A stretch of 64,000 bases of DNA from Myxococcota bacterium (lineage in GTDB: Bacteria > Myxococcota_A > UBA9160 > UBA4427): contig OZ252299.1 of assembly GCA_965250285.1 (NCBI GenBank), positions 4,352,001 to 4,416,000 of the forward strand. The letters run 5' to 3'. The translations under genes were made by a program, and so were the position numbers. A model generated the notes under the pieces. The model saw only the letters and a list, made by a program, of their open reading frames with translations, searched no databases and was not told where the DNA came from. This document shows, piece by piece, positions 1-9,244 of the stretch. Positions within the stretch are counted from its first letter, which is position 1. Every line of letters starts with the position of its first letter.

Positions 1-944
1 TCACCAGCCACGCCCCGATGGTGGTCGACGCGCTGGTCGCGCTCGACCGAGCCGACCGCATCGAGCCCTTCCTCGATGCCTACCTGCCGGCCTTCGCCGA
101 GATCGACCCGGCGCGTGACCCCGTCGAAGCGGCGGCCCGGACCTGGATCGAAGCGCACGGGGCGGCCGATGACTGGGCCACCGTGCTCGACGCCGAGCTG
201 CGGTCGCTCGCGCCGAGTGTCTTTTCGGCGGCGACGCACGGGCTGATTCGCGCGGCCCACGCCACCCGCATGCTCGCCGAGCACGACAACGCAGTGCGCC
301 GCCACGAGCTCGCCCGCGCGCTCGCCTACTGGCGCGCCACCGAAGCGAGCCTGCCCGGCGAGCCAGGCTCGGCGGCCGAGCCCGACCTCACCGCCGACCG
401 ATTGATCGCCGACCTCGTGGTCGTGCCCAACGAACAGCGCAACTTCGGGCTCTTCACCGAGGGCGTGAAGGTACTGCCGGAGCATGCCCCCTTCGGCGAG
501 ACGGTTTCGCGCCTCGTCGTGCCCGATCGCGTCGACGGCGACGGCGTGTCGGCGCTCACGCGCGCGATGCTCGGTCCCTACTTCGAGAGCCCGCTCCTGC
601 GGATCGCGTACGTCCATACCATCACCGCGCCCAGCTCGATTCGGCTCGTCGCACCGCACGTATCGCAGACGACGCTGCGCGCGCTGTATCGCTACGGCGT
701 GCAGTCGGTGGCGGCGCTGCATGCGATCTCGAAGCTGCCGACCGACACGACCGTCGACGACGAGGTGCGTGTGCTCGCCGGCGACGTCGAGGCACTCGCG
801 AGCCGGGCGGCCGACACCCTCGAGGAGCACGTCATCAAGTTCACCGAGGCGTGCCTGCGCGAACGCGCCGCGAGCGGCGACGCGCGCTTCCTGCTGGCCG
901 CAGCCGATGCGACGGTGGCGGAGGAGCGACGCGCAGCCGCATGA
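1..944 (+). CDS. Questin oxidase-like / DUF4243 family oxidoreductase (5' truncated by the window edge)
   Basis: The frame is open from base 3 (TSHAPMVV..., resembling the NHxPM motif). It contains THGLIR, YVHTITAP and EEHVIKFTEAC motifs typical of this family. Confidence 0.65.
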   Translation, partial: TSHAPMVVDALVALDRADRIEPFLDAYLPAFAEIDPARDPVEAAARTWIEAHGAADDWATVLDAELRSLAPSVFSAATHGLIRAAHATRMLAEHDNAVRRHELARALAYWRATEASLPGEPGSAAEPDLTADRLIADLVVVPNEQRNFGLFTEGVKVLPEHAPFGETVSRLVVPDRVDGDGVSALTRAMLGPYFESPLLRIAYVHTITAPSSIRLVAPHVSQTTLRALYRYGVQSVAALHAISKLPTDTTVDDEVRVLAGDVEALASRAADTLEEHVIKFTEACLRERAASGDARFLLAAADATVAEERRAAA

Positions 945-963
945 TGACTCGACGCGCCTCGGG

Positions 964-2073
964 TCAGTCGCGCGGAATCTCCGCGACCGGTACGACGCGC
1001 ACGTTCGGCTCGGGATAGCCGTCGGTCAGCACGTAGCGCAGCGCCATCGTGCCGTGGCGGTGACCGGCGGTGTCGATCCAGTTTTCGACGCCGCCCGGAT
1101 CCTCGTGCGCCACGACCAGCCGGAACGATCCGTCTTCGCGGTACTTCGCCTGGCCGCTGTTGACGTGCACGTTGCGGAAGTCGTAGTCGAGGCTCTCGGC
1201 CCAGATGTTGCCCAGCTGGAAGTTCCAGTAGTGGCAGTTCGGCGGCGTCGTCTCGATGACGAGCGCCTCTTCGGGGCCGAGCTCCCAGCGACCGAGGAAC
1301 ATCCGAATGTTGGGGTCGCCGCCCATCACCCGGTGCTTCTCTTCGTCGGGCAGATGGAAGTCGTTCTTCGGCGCCTTCTCGAGGAACTCGGTGACCCAAT
1401 CGGCGAACCAGACCGAGGCGCCGATCGCGTAGAGCGCCCCACCGAGCAGCATGCCGGGTACGCGCTCGGGCTCGAGCGGCGGCGGCGGGCCCTCGCTCTC
1501 GAGGCACTCGATCTCGAGGTCGACCTGCTGCTCGCGCTCGCGGTGCAGGAACGTCTGGCGCACGAGGATCTGTTTGGTCTGATCGGTCATGCGCAGCCAG
1601 TTGCCGTCGTGCTCCTTCGTGCTCGCGATGATCTCGAAGGTGCCGTCGTCGTTCAGCTCGAGCTCGCTCGCGTTCAGATGGCCGGCGCCCCCCGTGATCT
1701 TGTCCTTCGCGGCGAAGTTCTGATTCTGCGCGGCGAAGCTCAGGTAGTGGATCGTGCGGCGATGACCACGAATCCGATACGTGTACTGCGGGCTCACCGA
1801 CGCGCTGACGTAGTAGTTGTCGGGGTTGTCGAGGCCGAGCTTCACGCCCTCGGGCATCTTGCGAAACTTCGGGTTCTCCATGGTCGAGAGCTCACCGAAG
1901 CTGAACAGCCCGGCCCGAAGCAGGCGCGCGAGGTAGCGGTGCCCCTCGCCCCGGTCGAATGCGTCGGTCTCGAGGTCTTCGCGCAGCAACACCTGGCCGG
2001 CCTGCTTGAGCAGATCACAGAACTCGTTCCAGGCCTCGCCGCTCATCACCTTGTCGACTGCTTCGTTGGACAT
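964..2073 (-). CDS. DUF1214 domain-containing protein
   Basis: GLDNPDNYY, YRIRG, ILVRQTF, YWNFQLGN.WAESLDY and FRLVVAHEDPG..NWIDTAG motifs. Start taken at MSNEAV after an AGAAA/GGAG-like RBS. Confidence 0.75.
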   Translation of the reverse strand: MSNEAVDKVMSGEAWNEFCDLLKQAGQVLLREDLETDAFDRGEGHRYLARLLRAGLFSFGELSTMENPKFRKMPEGVKLGLDNPDNYYVSASVSPQYTYRIRGHRRTIHYLSFAAQNQNFAAKDKITGGAGHLNASELELNDDGTFEIIASTKEHDGNWLRMTDQTKQILVRQTFLHREREQQVDLEIECLESEGPPPPLEPERVPGMLLGGALYAIGASVWFADWVTEFLEKAPKNDFHLPDEEKHRVMGGDPNIRMFLGRWELGPEEALVIETTPPNCHYWNFQLGNIWAESLDYDFRNVHVNSGQAKYREDGSFRLVVAHEDPGGVENWIDTAGHRHGTMALRYVLTDGYPEPNVRVVPVAEIPRD

Positions 2074-2336
2074 CGGGTTTCTCCGCGCGCATGGCGCCAG
2101 GGGTGAGGCGCTCACGCGCCGGGCCTTCGAGCATCGCGAAAACACTTCGCGCGATCAAACGTGCACATCCGACACGGTGCGCGATTCTGTCGCGTCCCCT
2201 GCCGATCCCGAGCGATCCGCGTCCGCGTTCGGTACCCGAGCCCCCGGCCTGCATGCAGGGCGCACGCTGCGGCGAACCGGGCCGCGGGATGCGCTACTCG
2301 TGCCGATGAGGCGACGCCTTCCAGGAGAAGCAATCC

Positions 2337-2822
2337 ATGTCCGTGACGATCTTGCTCATGATCCTCGCCGTGGTGCTCGTGCTGGTGGGTCTCGGCGGAC
2401 TCATGCTGCCGGCCTTGCCGGGCGCACCGTTCGTCTTCGCCGGCCTCTTCGTCGCCGCCTGGGCCGAGCATTTCGAGTACGTCGGGACCGGCACGCTCGT
2501 CGCGCTCGCGGTGCTGGCCGTGCTGACGTACGCCGCCGACTTCGTCGCGGGCGCATTCGGCGCCAAGAAGTTCGGCGCGTCGAGGAAGGCGATGGTGGGC
2601 GCCATGCTCGGCGCGGTGGGCGGGCTCTTCTTCGGGCTGCCCGGGATCGTGCTGGGGCCCTTCGTCGGCGCGGTGATCGGTGAGTACATGGAGCACCCGG
2701 ACATCTTCAAGGCGGGCCACGCCGGTCTCGGCGCGACGCTCGGCCTGGCTCTCGGCATCGCGGCCAAGATGTCGCTCGCCTTCACGATGATCGGCATCTA
2801 CCTCTTCATGCGCTTCTTCTGA
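2337..2822 (+). CDS. DUF456 family membrane protein
   Basis: Highly hydrophobic, with LPALPG, GAKKFGAS and GPFVGAVIGE motifs. AGGAG RBS upstream. Confidence 0.85.
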   Translation: MSVTILLMILAVVLVLVGLGGLMLPALPGAPFVFAGLFVAAWAEHFEYVGTGTLVALAVLAVLTYAADFVAGAFGAKKFGASRKAMVGAMLGAVGGLFFGLPGIVLGPFVGAVIGEYMEHPDIFKAGHAGLGATLGLALGIAAKMSLAFTMIGIYLFMRFF

Positions 2823-2898
2823 GACGACGGCGTCGCGCAGAAGGCATTCCAACGACTTGTTTTCAATGAACTTTCCGGAAACCGCACGCGATCGCCCA

Positions 2899-2930
2899 AT
2901 ATTTAGAAACTTTTGATATCTTCTAAACAT
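2899..2930. promoter_or_regulatory. Putative ArsR operator/promoter (AT-rich inverted repeat)
   Basis: ATATTTAGAA-N12-TTCTAAACAT (9/10 complementary arms) in an AT-rich patch just upstream of arsR. Confidence 0.6.
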
Positions 2931-2974
2931 CGAATCGACAGCAAGCCAGCTGCGAGACCAGAAAGGAGGCCGCC

Positions 2975-3325
2975 ATGCCCCAGCCCGCCATGCAGAAGCA
3001 GGACGCCCTGGCCGCACTCGCCGCCCTCGCCCACGAGACCCGACTCGACGTGTTTCGGCTGCTCGTGCAGGCGGGACCAGAAGGGCTCGCCGCCGGCGAG
3101 ATCGCCGAGCGGCTGGGGGTTCAGGCGGCCACGCTCAGCCACCACCTGAAGGAGCTCAAGAGCGCTCGGGTGGTGCACTGCCGGCGCGAGGGCCGGTCGT
3201 TGATCTACTCGCCCGACTTCACCGCCATGGGCGATCTCGTCGGTTACCTGAGTGAGAACTGCTGCGCAGAAGGCGGCTGCCATCCAGGCCCCGGCGGCGC
3301 GTCGATCGTCCAAGACCGCGGCTGA
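2975..3325 (+). CDS. arsR: ArsR/SmtB family transcriptional repressor with C-terminal CC..C metalloid site
   Basis: ALAHETRLDVFRLLV, ATLSHHLKEL, RREGRSLIY and YLSENCCAEGGC. AGGAGG RBS. Confidence 0.9.
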   Translation: MPQPAMQKQDALAALAALAHETRLDVFRLLVQAGPEGLAAGEIAERLGVQAATLSHHLKELKSARVVHCRREGRSLIYSPDFTAMGDLVGYLSENCCAEGGCHPGPGGASIVQDRG

Positions 3326-3407
3326 TCCGTCGGCTGCTCGGCGCCGAGACCGATCTCGAACGAACCCAAGAACGCAGGACCAAGAACGAAACAGAGGAGA
3401 TACCCAG

Positions 3408-3851
3408 ATGCGACTCCAACTCGCTCTCAACGTGCGCGATCTCGACGAAGCCGTCGGGTTCTATTCGAAGCTCTTCGGCACGTCCCCTAACAAGACGAAG
3501 CCCGGCTACGCCAACTTCGCCATCGAAGAGCCCCCGCTGAAGCTGGTGCTCTTCGAGTCGCCCGACGCCGACGAGCGCCTCAATCACCTCGGCGTCGAGG
3601 TGTTCGAGGATGAGCAGGTCGACGAGGCGACCGAGCGTCTGCGCTCTGCGGGCCTGGCCGACCTCGTCGAAGACGAGACCACCTGCTGCTACGCCAAGGC
3701 GAACAAGGTGTGGGCTCAGGAGCCCCAGGGGCTGCGCTGGGAGTTCTACAAGGTGCTCGAAGACTCGGAGACCTTCGGCCGCGACCCGGAGATTCCCGCG
3801 GACGCCCGAATGGCCGCCGGAGACGGATCGGAGATCGGATGCTGCTCGTAG
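3408..3851 (+). CDS. arsI: ArsI/CadI family VOC metalloenzyme (putative C-As lyase)
   Basis: RLQLALNV.DLDEAV.FYSKLF, PGYANF, LNHLGVEV, TTCCYA..NKVW and WEFY. GAGGAG RBS. Confidence 0.88.
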   Translation: MRLQLALNVRDLDEAVGFYSKLFGTSPNKTKPGYANFAIEEPPLKLVLFESPDADERLNHLGVEVFEDEQVDEATERLRSAGLADLVEDETTCCYAKANKVWAQEPQGLRWEFYKVLEDSETFGRDPEIPADARMAAGDGSEIGCCS

Positions 3852-4147
3852 TCGCTGGCGACGTCGAAATCGATCCGTCGAACCGAGACGCCGCCATCGA
3901 GGCGGCGCGCAAGGTCATGGCCGCGACCCGCGAGGAGCCCGGCTGTCTCGAGTACACGATCTCGGCCGACGTCGACGATCCCGGGCGCTTCGTCATCCTC
4001 GAGCGCTGGGCGTCGCCCGAGGCACTCGAGGCCCACTTCGCGACCCCGCACATGGCCGAGTTCCAGGCGGCCATGGGCGGTCTGGGCGTGCGGCGGGTCG
4101 ACGTGAAGCGCTACGACGTCGCTCAGGAGGGCCCAGTGAGGGGCTGA
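3839..4147 (+). CDS. Putative quinol monooxygenase (ABM domain)
   Basis: TREEPGCLEY, ERWAS.EALEAHFATPHM. Overlaps the arsI stop by 13 bp. Confidence 0.85.
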   Translation: MLLVVAGDVEIDPSNRDAAIEAARKVMAATREEPGCLEYTISADVDDPGRFVILERWASPEALEAHFATPHMAEFQAAMGGLGVRRVDVKRYDVAQEGPVRG

Positions 4148-4313
4148 GGCCCCGCTTCTGCTGCCGCCTCCGCGCGCCTCGCCGTCGCGCAGGCCGGGGG
4201 CAGCTCTCGACCTAAGGTCGTGAATCTCCTGCGCCGATAAGAGGACGGCACGGTGCGGCCCCGCTCAGCGGGCCGCGCCCGTGCCCTTCTTCTGATCACG
4301 CGCGAGGGACGAC

Positions 4314-5774
4314 ATGACCTGTACGCCGCGAACCCACGCCGGCTCTCTCCATACCCACACGCTGCGCCTCGTCGCATGGGCGGTCCTCGCGACCGCGATC
4401 GGCTGCGGCGGGGGCGGCGATACCTCGAACCCCGCGAAGCCCCAGCTCGGCGTGAACTCCGACCAGGAAGGCCTGACTTCGTGGGGCCAGGCCCAACGCG
4501 CCCAGGACGATCGCGGCGAGATCGTGCCCGGCTTCGCCAACGCATGGGATCTGGCGCGCGACTTCGCCATCGACACCGGCGGCAACGCGCAGTTCAACGG
4601 CGCGCTCGTGCTCGAAGTCGACGGCACCCCCTTCCCCGCCGATCTGAACTACGACGACCTGCAGTTCATGACGCCGGTCTTCGGCACCGCAGATGGCCTG
4701 GTCGCGGGGGTCGTCTACGACGGCACCATCAGCGGCTTCCCGACGGGCGCGGGCACCTACTCACTCGCGATCGCACCGACGCAGAGCTCACGCATCCAGC
4801 AGAACATCGACCTCAGCAACGCGGTCGCACCGATCACGCTGGCCTTCGCAGCGCTTCCGCTGGTCGAGGAGAGCGCCTTCGCCGACGAAGACGGCTGGGT
4901 CCGGGTTGCGATCAAGAACACGGCCAACACGATCCTCCAGACGGTCTACTACCTCGACAACGACGGCACCGAGATCGGCAGCTTTGCAGCCAACCTCGAC
5001 GCCTACGCGGGTCAGGTCATCCGTCTGGCCGTCGAGGCCCGCTCGACCCCCGATTCGTCGCTGCTCTTCGACGACTTCTCGATTCTCGACAGCGATCTCA
5101 CCGAGTACGTCACGAACGGCGATTTCGAGCGCGGTGATCTGGCCGGTTGGTCTCGCGGCACGCCCGCTTTCGTTCGAAACGTCACGACACCGTCGCGCAC
5201 CGTCGAGGGGCTCGACGTCACGCGATCGTTCTACGCGACGCCGAACTCGGACTGGGCGCGCATGGTCGACGTCTTCACCAACTCGTCGGGCGCTCCGGTC
5301 GATCGCACGATCGGCTACCTCGTGACGCTCGATGCGGGCGGCGAGGGCATCATCTACGGCGCAGACTCGACCGGAACGATCTACCCCTACGACATGGAGA
5401 ACGACGCGGCGCAGGCGGTGAGCGCATGGGACAGCGTCGCAGGCGGCATCCGCAACATCGGTTGGGCCTTCGGCGACGCGGACAACGTCAGCTGGGAATC
5501 GGACGATGCCCTCGGCGTGTCGGGCAACGGCGACGACAACATCCTCGTCGAGTTCGACATCACCGTGCCGGCGGGCGAGAGCGTCGCCCTGGCCCACTTC
5601 GTCGTGCTCGACACGACGAACACCGGCAACACGGCCACCGCTCTCAGCGATCAGTCGCCCTCGGTCGACACCGACCTGCAGGCGATCCTGAATGGCTGGC
5701 CCGCCGACGGCGTCGTCAACACCTACACGAGCGGCCTCACCCAGGGCCAGATCGATGCCGTCGTGAACTTCTGA
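4314..5774 (+). CDS. Secreted lipoprotein of unknown function (acidic, beta-rich; CBM-like NGDFE motif)
   Basis: Hydrophobic stretch ending ATAIG-C followed by GGGG (lipobox), and VTNGDFERGDLAGW. Codon usage is coding-like. Confidence 0.65.
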   Translation: MTCTPRTHAGSLHTHTLRLVAWAVLATAIGCGGGGDTSNPAKPQLGVNSDQEGLTSWGQAQRAQDDRGEIVPGFANAWDLARDFAIDTGGNAQFNGALVLEVDGTPFPADLNYDDLQFMTPVFGTADGLVAGVVYDGTISGFPTGAGTYSLAIAPTQSSRIQQNIDLSNAVAPITLAFAALPLVEESAFADEDGWVRVAIKNTANTILQTVYYLDNDGTEIGSFAANLDAYAGQVIRLAVEARSTPDSSLLFDDFSILDSDLTEYVTNGDFERGDLAGWSRGTPAFVRNVTTPSRTVEGLDVTRSFYATPNSDWARMVDVFTNSSGAPVDRTIGYLVTLDAGGEGIIYGADSTGTIYPYDMENDAAQAVSAWDSVAGGIRNIGWAFGDADNVSWESDDALGVSGNGDDNILVEFDITVPAGESVALAHFVVLDTTNTGNTATALSDQSPSVDTDLQAILNGWPADGVVNTYTSGLTQGQIDAVVNF

Positions 5775-5947
5775 CGGCACGCAGCGAGTGCAGAGCCGGT
5801 GGCGCAGATCACCATCGCGCGCCCAAACGTGACCTGCGACACGCTGCGGTGACGACTCTCGGCGCTTCGGGTCACGGGTGACCTGAAGCGGCCGCTGCGT
5901 CTAGCCGATGCATCGGGGAACGGGCCCGCGGGCCAGGAGGACCCTCG

Positions 5948-6277
5948 ATGAAGACCTTCGAACGCTACCGGCGCCGCATGACGTGCGAGCTCATCGTGGA
6001 GGGCTCGCGTCACGGCGGTCTGATCACCGACCTCTCGGCGAGCGGTCTCTTCGTGCGCACCAAGCACACGTCGCGCGCGGGCGATCGCGTGCGCATCGTG
6101 CTGCACCAGGAAGAAGGCGAGCTCGAGATCGACGCCCGTGTCGTACGCGAGCATCGCATGAGTCGCCACCACACGACCGGCACGCCCAGCGGCATCGGCG
6201 TCAGCATCATGTCGGCGCCCGAGGGCTACTTCCACATGCTCGGGCGGCTCATGAGCGAAACGCGCCCGACCGCCTGA
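5948..6277 (+). CDS. PilZ domain protein (c-di-GMP receptor)
   Basis: ERYRRR and DLSASG motifs; GIGV near the C-terminus. AGGAGG RBS. Confidence 0.8.
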   Translation: MKTFERYRRRMTCELIVEGSRHGGLITDLSASGLFVRTKHTSRAGDRVRIVLHQEEGELEIDARVVREHRMSRHHTTGTPSGIGVSIMSAPEGYFHMLGRLMSETRPTA

Positions 6278-6324
6278 CCGCCTGACCCTGCCCGCAGCCC
6301 GGGCGACGTGCCCGGACCGGCTTG

Positions 6325-7449
6325 CTAGGCCGCGCGGTCGACCTCGAGCGGCGCCAGATCGATGCCGTAGAGATCGGCGACGTTCTCGCACAGAATTCCG
6401 CGCCGCTGCTCATCCGTCAGGTGCGCGCCATGCTCGGCGAGCATGTCCTGACTCCACGGCCACGTCGAGTCACTGTGAGGGAAGTCGTTGGCCCAGAGCA
6501 GACGCCGCCAGTTCATCAGGTCGGCGACCTTGAAGGCCACCCAGTCATCCTGGAAGGTCGTGTAGATGTGCTCCGAGAAGTACTCGCTCGGCAGCTTCGA
6601 GAGCGCCTGACCGGCCGGCAGCCAGTTGTGATGCCGCTTGTAGGCGTGATCCATCCGATACATGTAGTGGGGCACCCAGCCGGCATCGGCCTCGACACAT
6701 ACGACCTTCAGGTCGGGATTGCGCTCGAAGACGCCGCCGAGCACGAGCGTCCCCATGATGTCCTGGCAGCCGCGGATGATCGACAGGAACCCGTTCATCG
6801 CCGGTCCGCGCACGGGCGCCGTCTCTCGCGTCGTGAGGATGTGAAACGAGAGTGGCAGCTCGAGCTCGATCGCCTTCTGCCAGAACGGGTCGTAGACCGG
6901 GGAGTGGTAGTCCTCGACCGCCGGGTTGCCCGGCATCATCACGCCGCGCAGCCCGAGATCCTTGATCGCCTGTAGATCGCGGAGGCCATCCTCGACCGAC
7001 CGCATCGCGGTCTGGCCGCAGCCGAGCAGGCGGTCGGGATGCGCCGAGCAGTACTCGGCGATCCAGCGGTTGTACGCCTCGAAGCACGCCTGCTTATAGT
7101 CGAAGTCCTTGTGATTGCAGAGCACCATGCCGACGGTCGGGTAGATGACCTCAGCGGCGACGCCATCGCGCACCTGATCGGCCATGCGCGCCTCCGGGTC
7201 CCAGCCGCCCCGATGCAGATCCTCGAAGTTCGAGCCGGTGACCCGAATCTCCTCGGGCTTCTTGCCTGCGGCGGCGACGAGACCGAGCGGAACGGGCTTG
7301 TCCATGCCGTCGACGACGAAGAAGTCGCCTGCATCGCCGAGCCGTTCGATGCGCGGCGCCTTGTCCTTCCACTTGGCGTCGATGCGACTGGTGTAGGTGT
7401 CACCCGGCTCGGTGATGTGGGAGTCGGCGGAGATGATCGGGTACGACAT
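6325..7449 (-). CDS. Amidohydrolase_2 family protein
   Basis: ISADSHITEP, AEVIYPT, LPLSFH, VEADAGW and WANDFPHSDS. Start MSYPII after GAGGAG. Confidence 0.9.
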   Translation of the reverse strand: MSYPIISADSHITEPGDTYTSRIDAKWKDKAPRIERLGDAGDFFVVDGMDKPVPLGLVAAAGKKPEEIRVTGSNFEDLHRGGWDPEARMADQVRDGVAAEVIYPTVGMVLCNHKDFDYKQACFEAYNRWIAEYCSAHPDRLLGCGQTAMRSVEDGLRDLQAIKDLGLRGVMMPGNPAVEDYHSPVYDPFWQKAIELELPLSFHILTTRETAPVRGPAMNGFLSIIRGCQDIMGTLVLGGVFERNPDLKVVCVEADAGWVPHYMYRMDHAYKRHHNWLPAGQALSKLPSEYFSEHIYTTFQDDWVAFKVADLMNWRRLLWANDFPHSDSTWPWSQDMLAEHGAHLTDEQRRGILCENVADLYGIDLAPLEVDRAA

Positions 7450-7505
7450 GGCGGGCTCCTCGCTGGCGGATCGTTCGGACCGACTGGGGGCGATTGGGGC
7501 CAGTC

Positions 7506-8645
7506 TCAGGTGCGCATGTGGCGCATGCAGGTGCGCACCTCGTCGACGAAGGTCTCGGGCTGCTCGAACGCGGCGAAGTGACCGCCCTTCTCGAGCTGGT
7601 TGTAGTGCACGAGCTTCGGAAAGCGCGCCTGACACCAGCGCTCGCTGCTGCGGAAGATTTCCTTCGGGAAGATGCTGCAGCCGACCTTGACGTTGACCGG
7701 ATCGAACGGCGGCGTGTTGAAGCTCTCCCAGTAGAGGCGTGCCGAGGACGCCCCCGTCGCGGGCAGCCAGTACATCATGACGTTGTCGAGCAGCTCGTCC
7801 TTCGTGAGCACGTTCTCGGGGTGGCCGTCGCAGTCCATCCAGCTCCAGAACTTCTCGACGACCCACGCCATCTGGCCGACCGGCGAATCGACGAGGCCGT
7901 AGCCGAGCGTCTGCGGCCGGGTGCTCTGCTGCTTCGAGTAACCGCTGTCCCACTGGTTGTAGTGGTTCATCCCCTCCATGGCGCCCTGCTCGAACTCGGT
8001 CAGGTTGTCGAGCGAATCGGGCGTCGGCGGCGCGATCGGCATGTTCAGATGGATGCCCGCGCAGCCGTCCTCGTCTTGCGCGCCCACGCACGTCGTGACC
8101 ATCGCGCCCCAGTCTCCACCCTGGGCGACGTATCGCTCGTAGCCGAGCTTGCGCATGAGCGCGCCCCAGGTATCGGCGATGCGTCCGACCCCCCAGCCCG
8201 TCTCGGTCGGCTTGTCACTGAAGCCGTAGCCCGGCAGCGAGGGGCACACGACGTGGAACGCATCCTCGGCCTTGCCGCCATGCGCGACCGGATCGGTCAG
8301 CGGACCGATCACCTTGTGAAACTCGACGATCGAGCCCGGCCAACCGTGCGTCATCACCATGGGCAGCGCGTTCGCCTCGGGCGAGCGCACGTGAATGAAG
8401 TGCACGCCCAGACCGTCGACCTCGGTCTTGAACTGCGCGAACTCGTTCAGGTGCGCCTCGCGCGCGCGCCAGTCGTACTTCTCGGCCCAGTAGCTCGCGA
8501 GCTCCTGCACGTACGAGAGCGGAATCCCCTGAGACCAGTCGTCGACCGTCTCTTCATTGGGCCAACGCGTCGCCTGGATCCGCCGACGCAGATCGTCGAG
8601 TTCTTCGTCGGTCGCTTCGATTCGAAAGGGAGTGATGTCGCTCAT
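7506..8645 (-). CDS. Epoxide hydrolase (EHN plus alpha/beta hydrolase)
   Basis: HGWPGS, PSLPGYGFS, AQGGDWG nucleophile and GGHFAAFEQP. Confidence 0.92.
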   Translation of the reverse strand: MSDITPFRIEATDEELDDLRRRIQATRWPNEETVDDWSQGIPLSYVQELASYWAEKYDWRAREAHLNEFAQFKTEVDGLGVHFIHVRSPEANALPMVMTHGWPGSIVEFHKVIGPLTDPVAHGGKAEDAFHVVCPSLPGYGFSDKPTETGWGVGRIADTWGALMRKLGYERYVAQGGDWGAMVTTCVGAQDEDGCAGIHLNMPIAPPTPDSLDNLTEFEQGAMEGMNHYNQWDSGYSKQQSTRPQTLGYGLVDSPVGQMAWVVEKFWSWMDCDGHPENVLTKDELLDNVMMYWLPATGASSARLYWESFNTPPFDPVNVKVGCSIFPKEIFRSSERWCQARFPKLVHYNQLEKGGHFAAFEQPETFVDEVRTCMRHMRT

Positions 8646-8746
8646 GGGGGGCTCCGGGGTGGGTGGGTCGGGAGGGGGATAGTCTCGATGAATCTGAGAC
8701 TGGAGTCCAGCCGGGCGTGGGGCGGTTGGTTTGGGGGTGGGGTCGG

Positions 8747-8874
8747 GTTTTCGGGGGTGTCGTCCTCAGATTCCGGCGGGCGGGCTTTACGAGGTTGCAC
8801 GGCTTTCGCATGGAGCGCGGGGTGGTGCAGCTTTGGGCGCCCGCCTTCAACTTGCGGGCGCCACCCCCGAAAAC
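8747..8874. repeat. 128-bp self-palindromic element, copy 1 (MITE/REPIN-like)
   Basis: Terminal inverted repeats GTTTTCGGGGGTGTCG ... CGCCACCCCCGAAAAC. It aligns without gaps to the reverse complement of 9095-9222. Confidence 0.85.
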
Positions 8875-9094
8875 CCGAAGGGATGGTTTCCCCCATTTTC
8901 TTTGTTGCGGAGGGGCCCTCGGCCTTTTGGGCCTCGTGCCCGGTGCTTGGCGGCAGGTCCTCGACAAGGTCGCTGAGTCGAGCAGCAACGAACGCAACGG
9001 GGGCTTTGCAAGAACCGCTCGCCGCGGCCGCAGGCCGCGGCGAGCCCCGCCCCAACAAGCACGGCGGGGCAGGCCGATCGGTCAACCCCCTCGC

Positions 9095-9222
9095 GTTTTC
9101 GGGGGTGGCGCCCGCAAGTTGGAGGCGAGCGCCGAAGCCGACTCATCGCGACGTTCCAACCAAACGCGGCGCGATCCCGTAAGGCCAGCTCGCCGGAATC
9201 TGAGGACGCCACCCCCGAAAAC
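9095..9222. repeat. 128-bp self-palindromic element, copy 2 (inverted relative to copy 1)
   Basis: GTTTTCGGGGGTGGCG ... CGCCACCCCCGAAAAC, the same length as copy 1. Confidence 0.85.
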
Positions 9223-9244
9223 GCGCCCGGCCTTGCACCCCGGT

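Noticed and set aside
484..2106. Long ORFs antisense or frame-shifted to real genes (also 7494-9182, 18849-20702, 29690-32098, 34197-36188, 62411-63982)
   Set aside because: These are shadow ORFs caused by high GC3 codon bias. They are Arg/Ala/Pro-rich, have no motifs and overlap well-supported genes.
8747..9222. 128-bp elements as integron attC sites or IS ends
   Set aside because: There are no RYYYAAC/GTTRRRY boxes in cassette arrangement, no integrase or transposase, and no target-site duplication seen.
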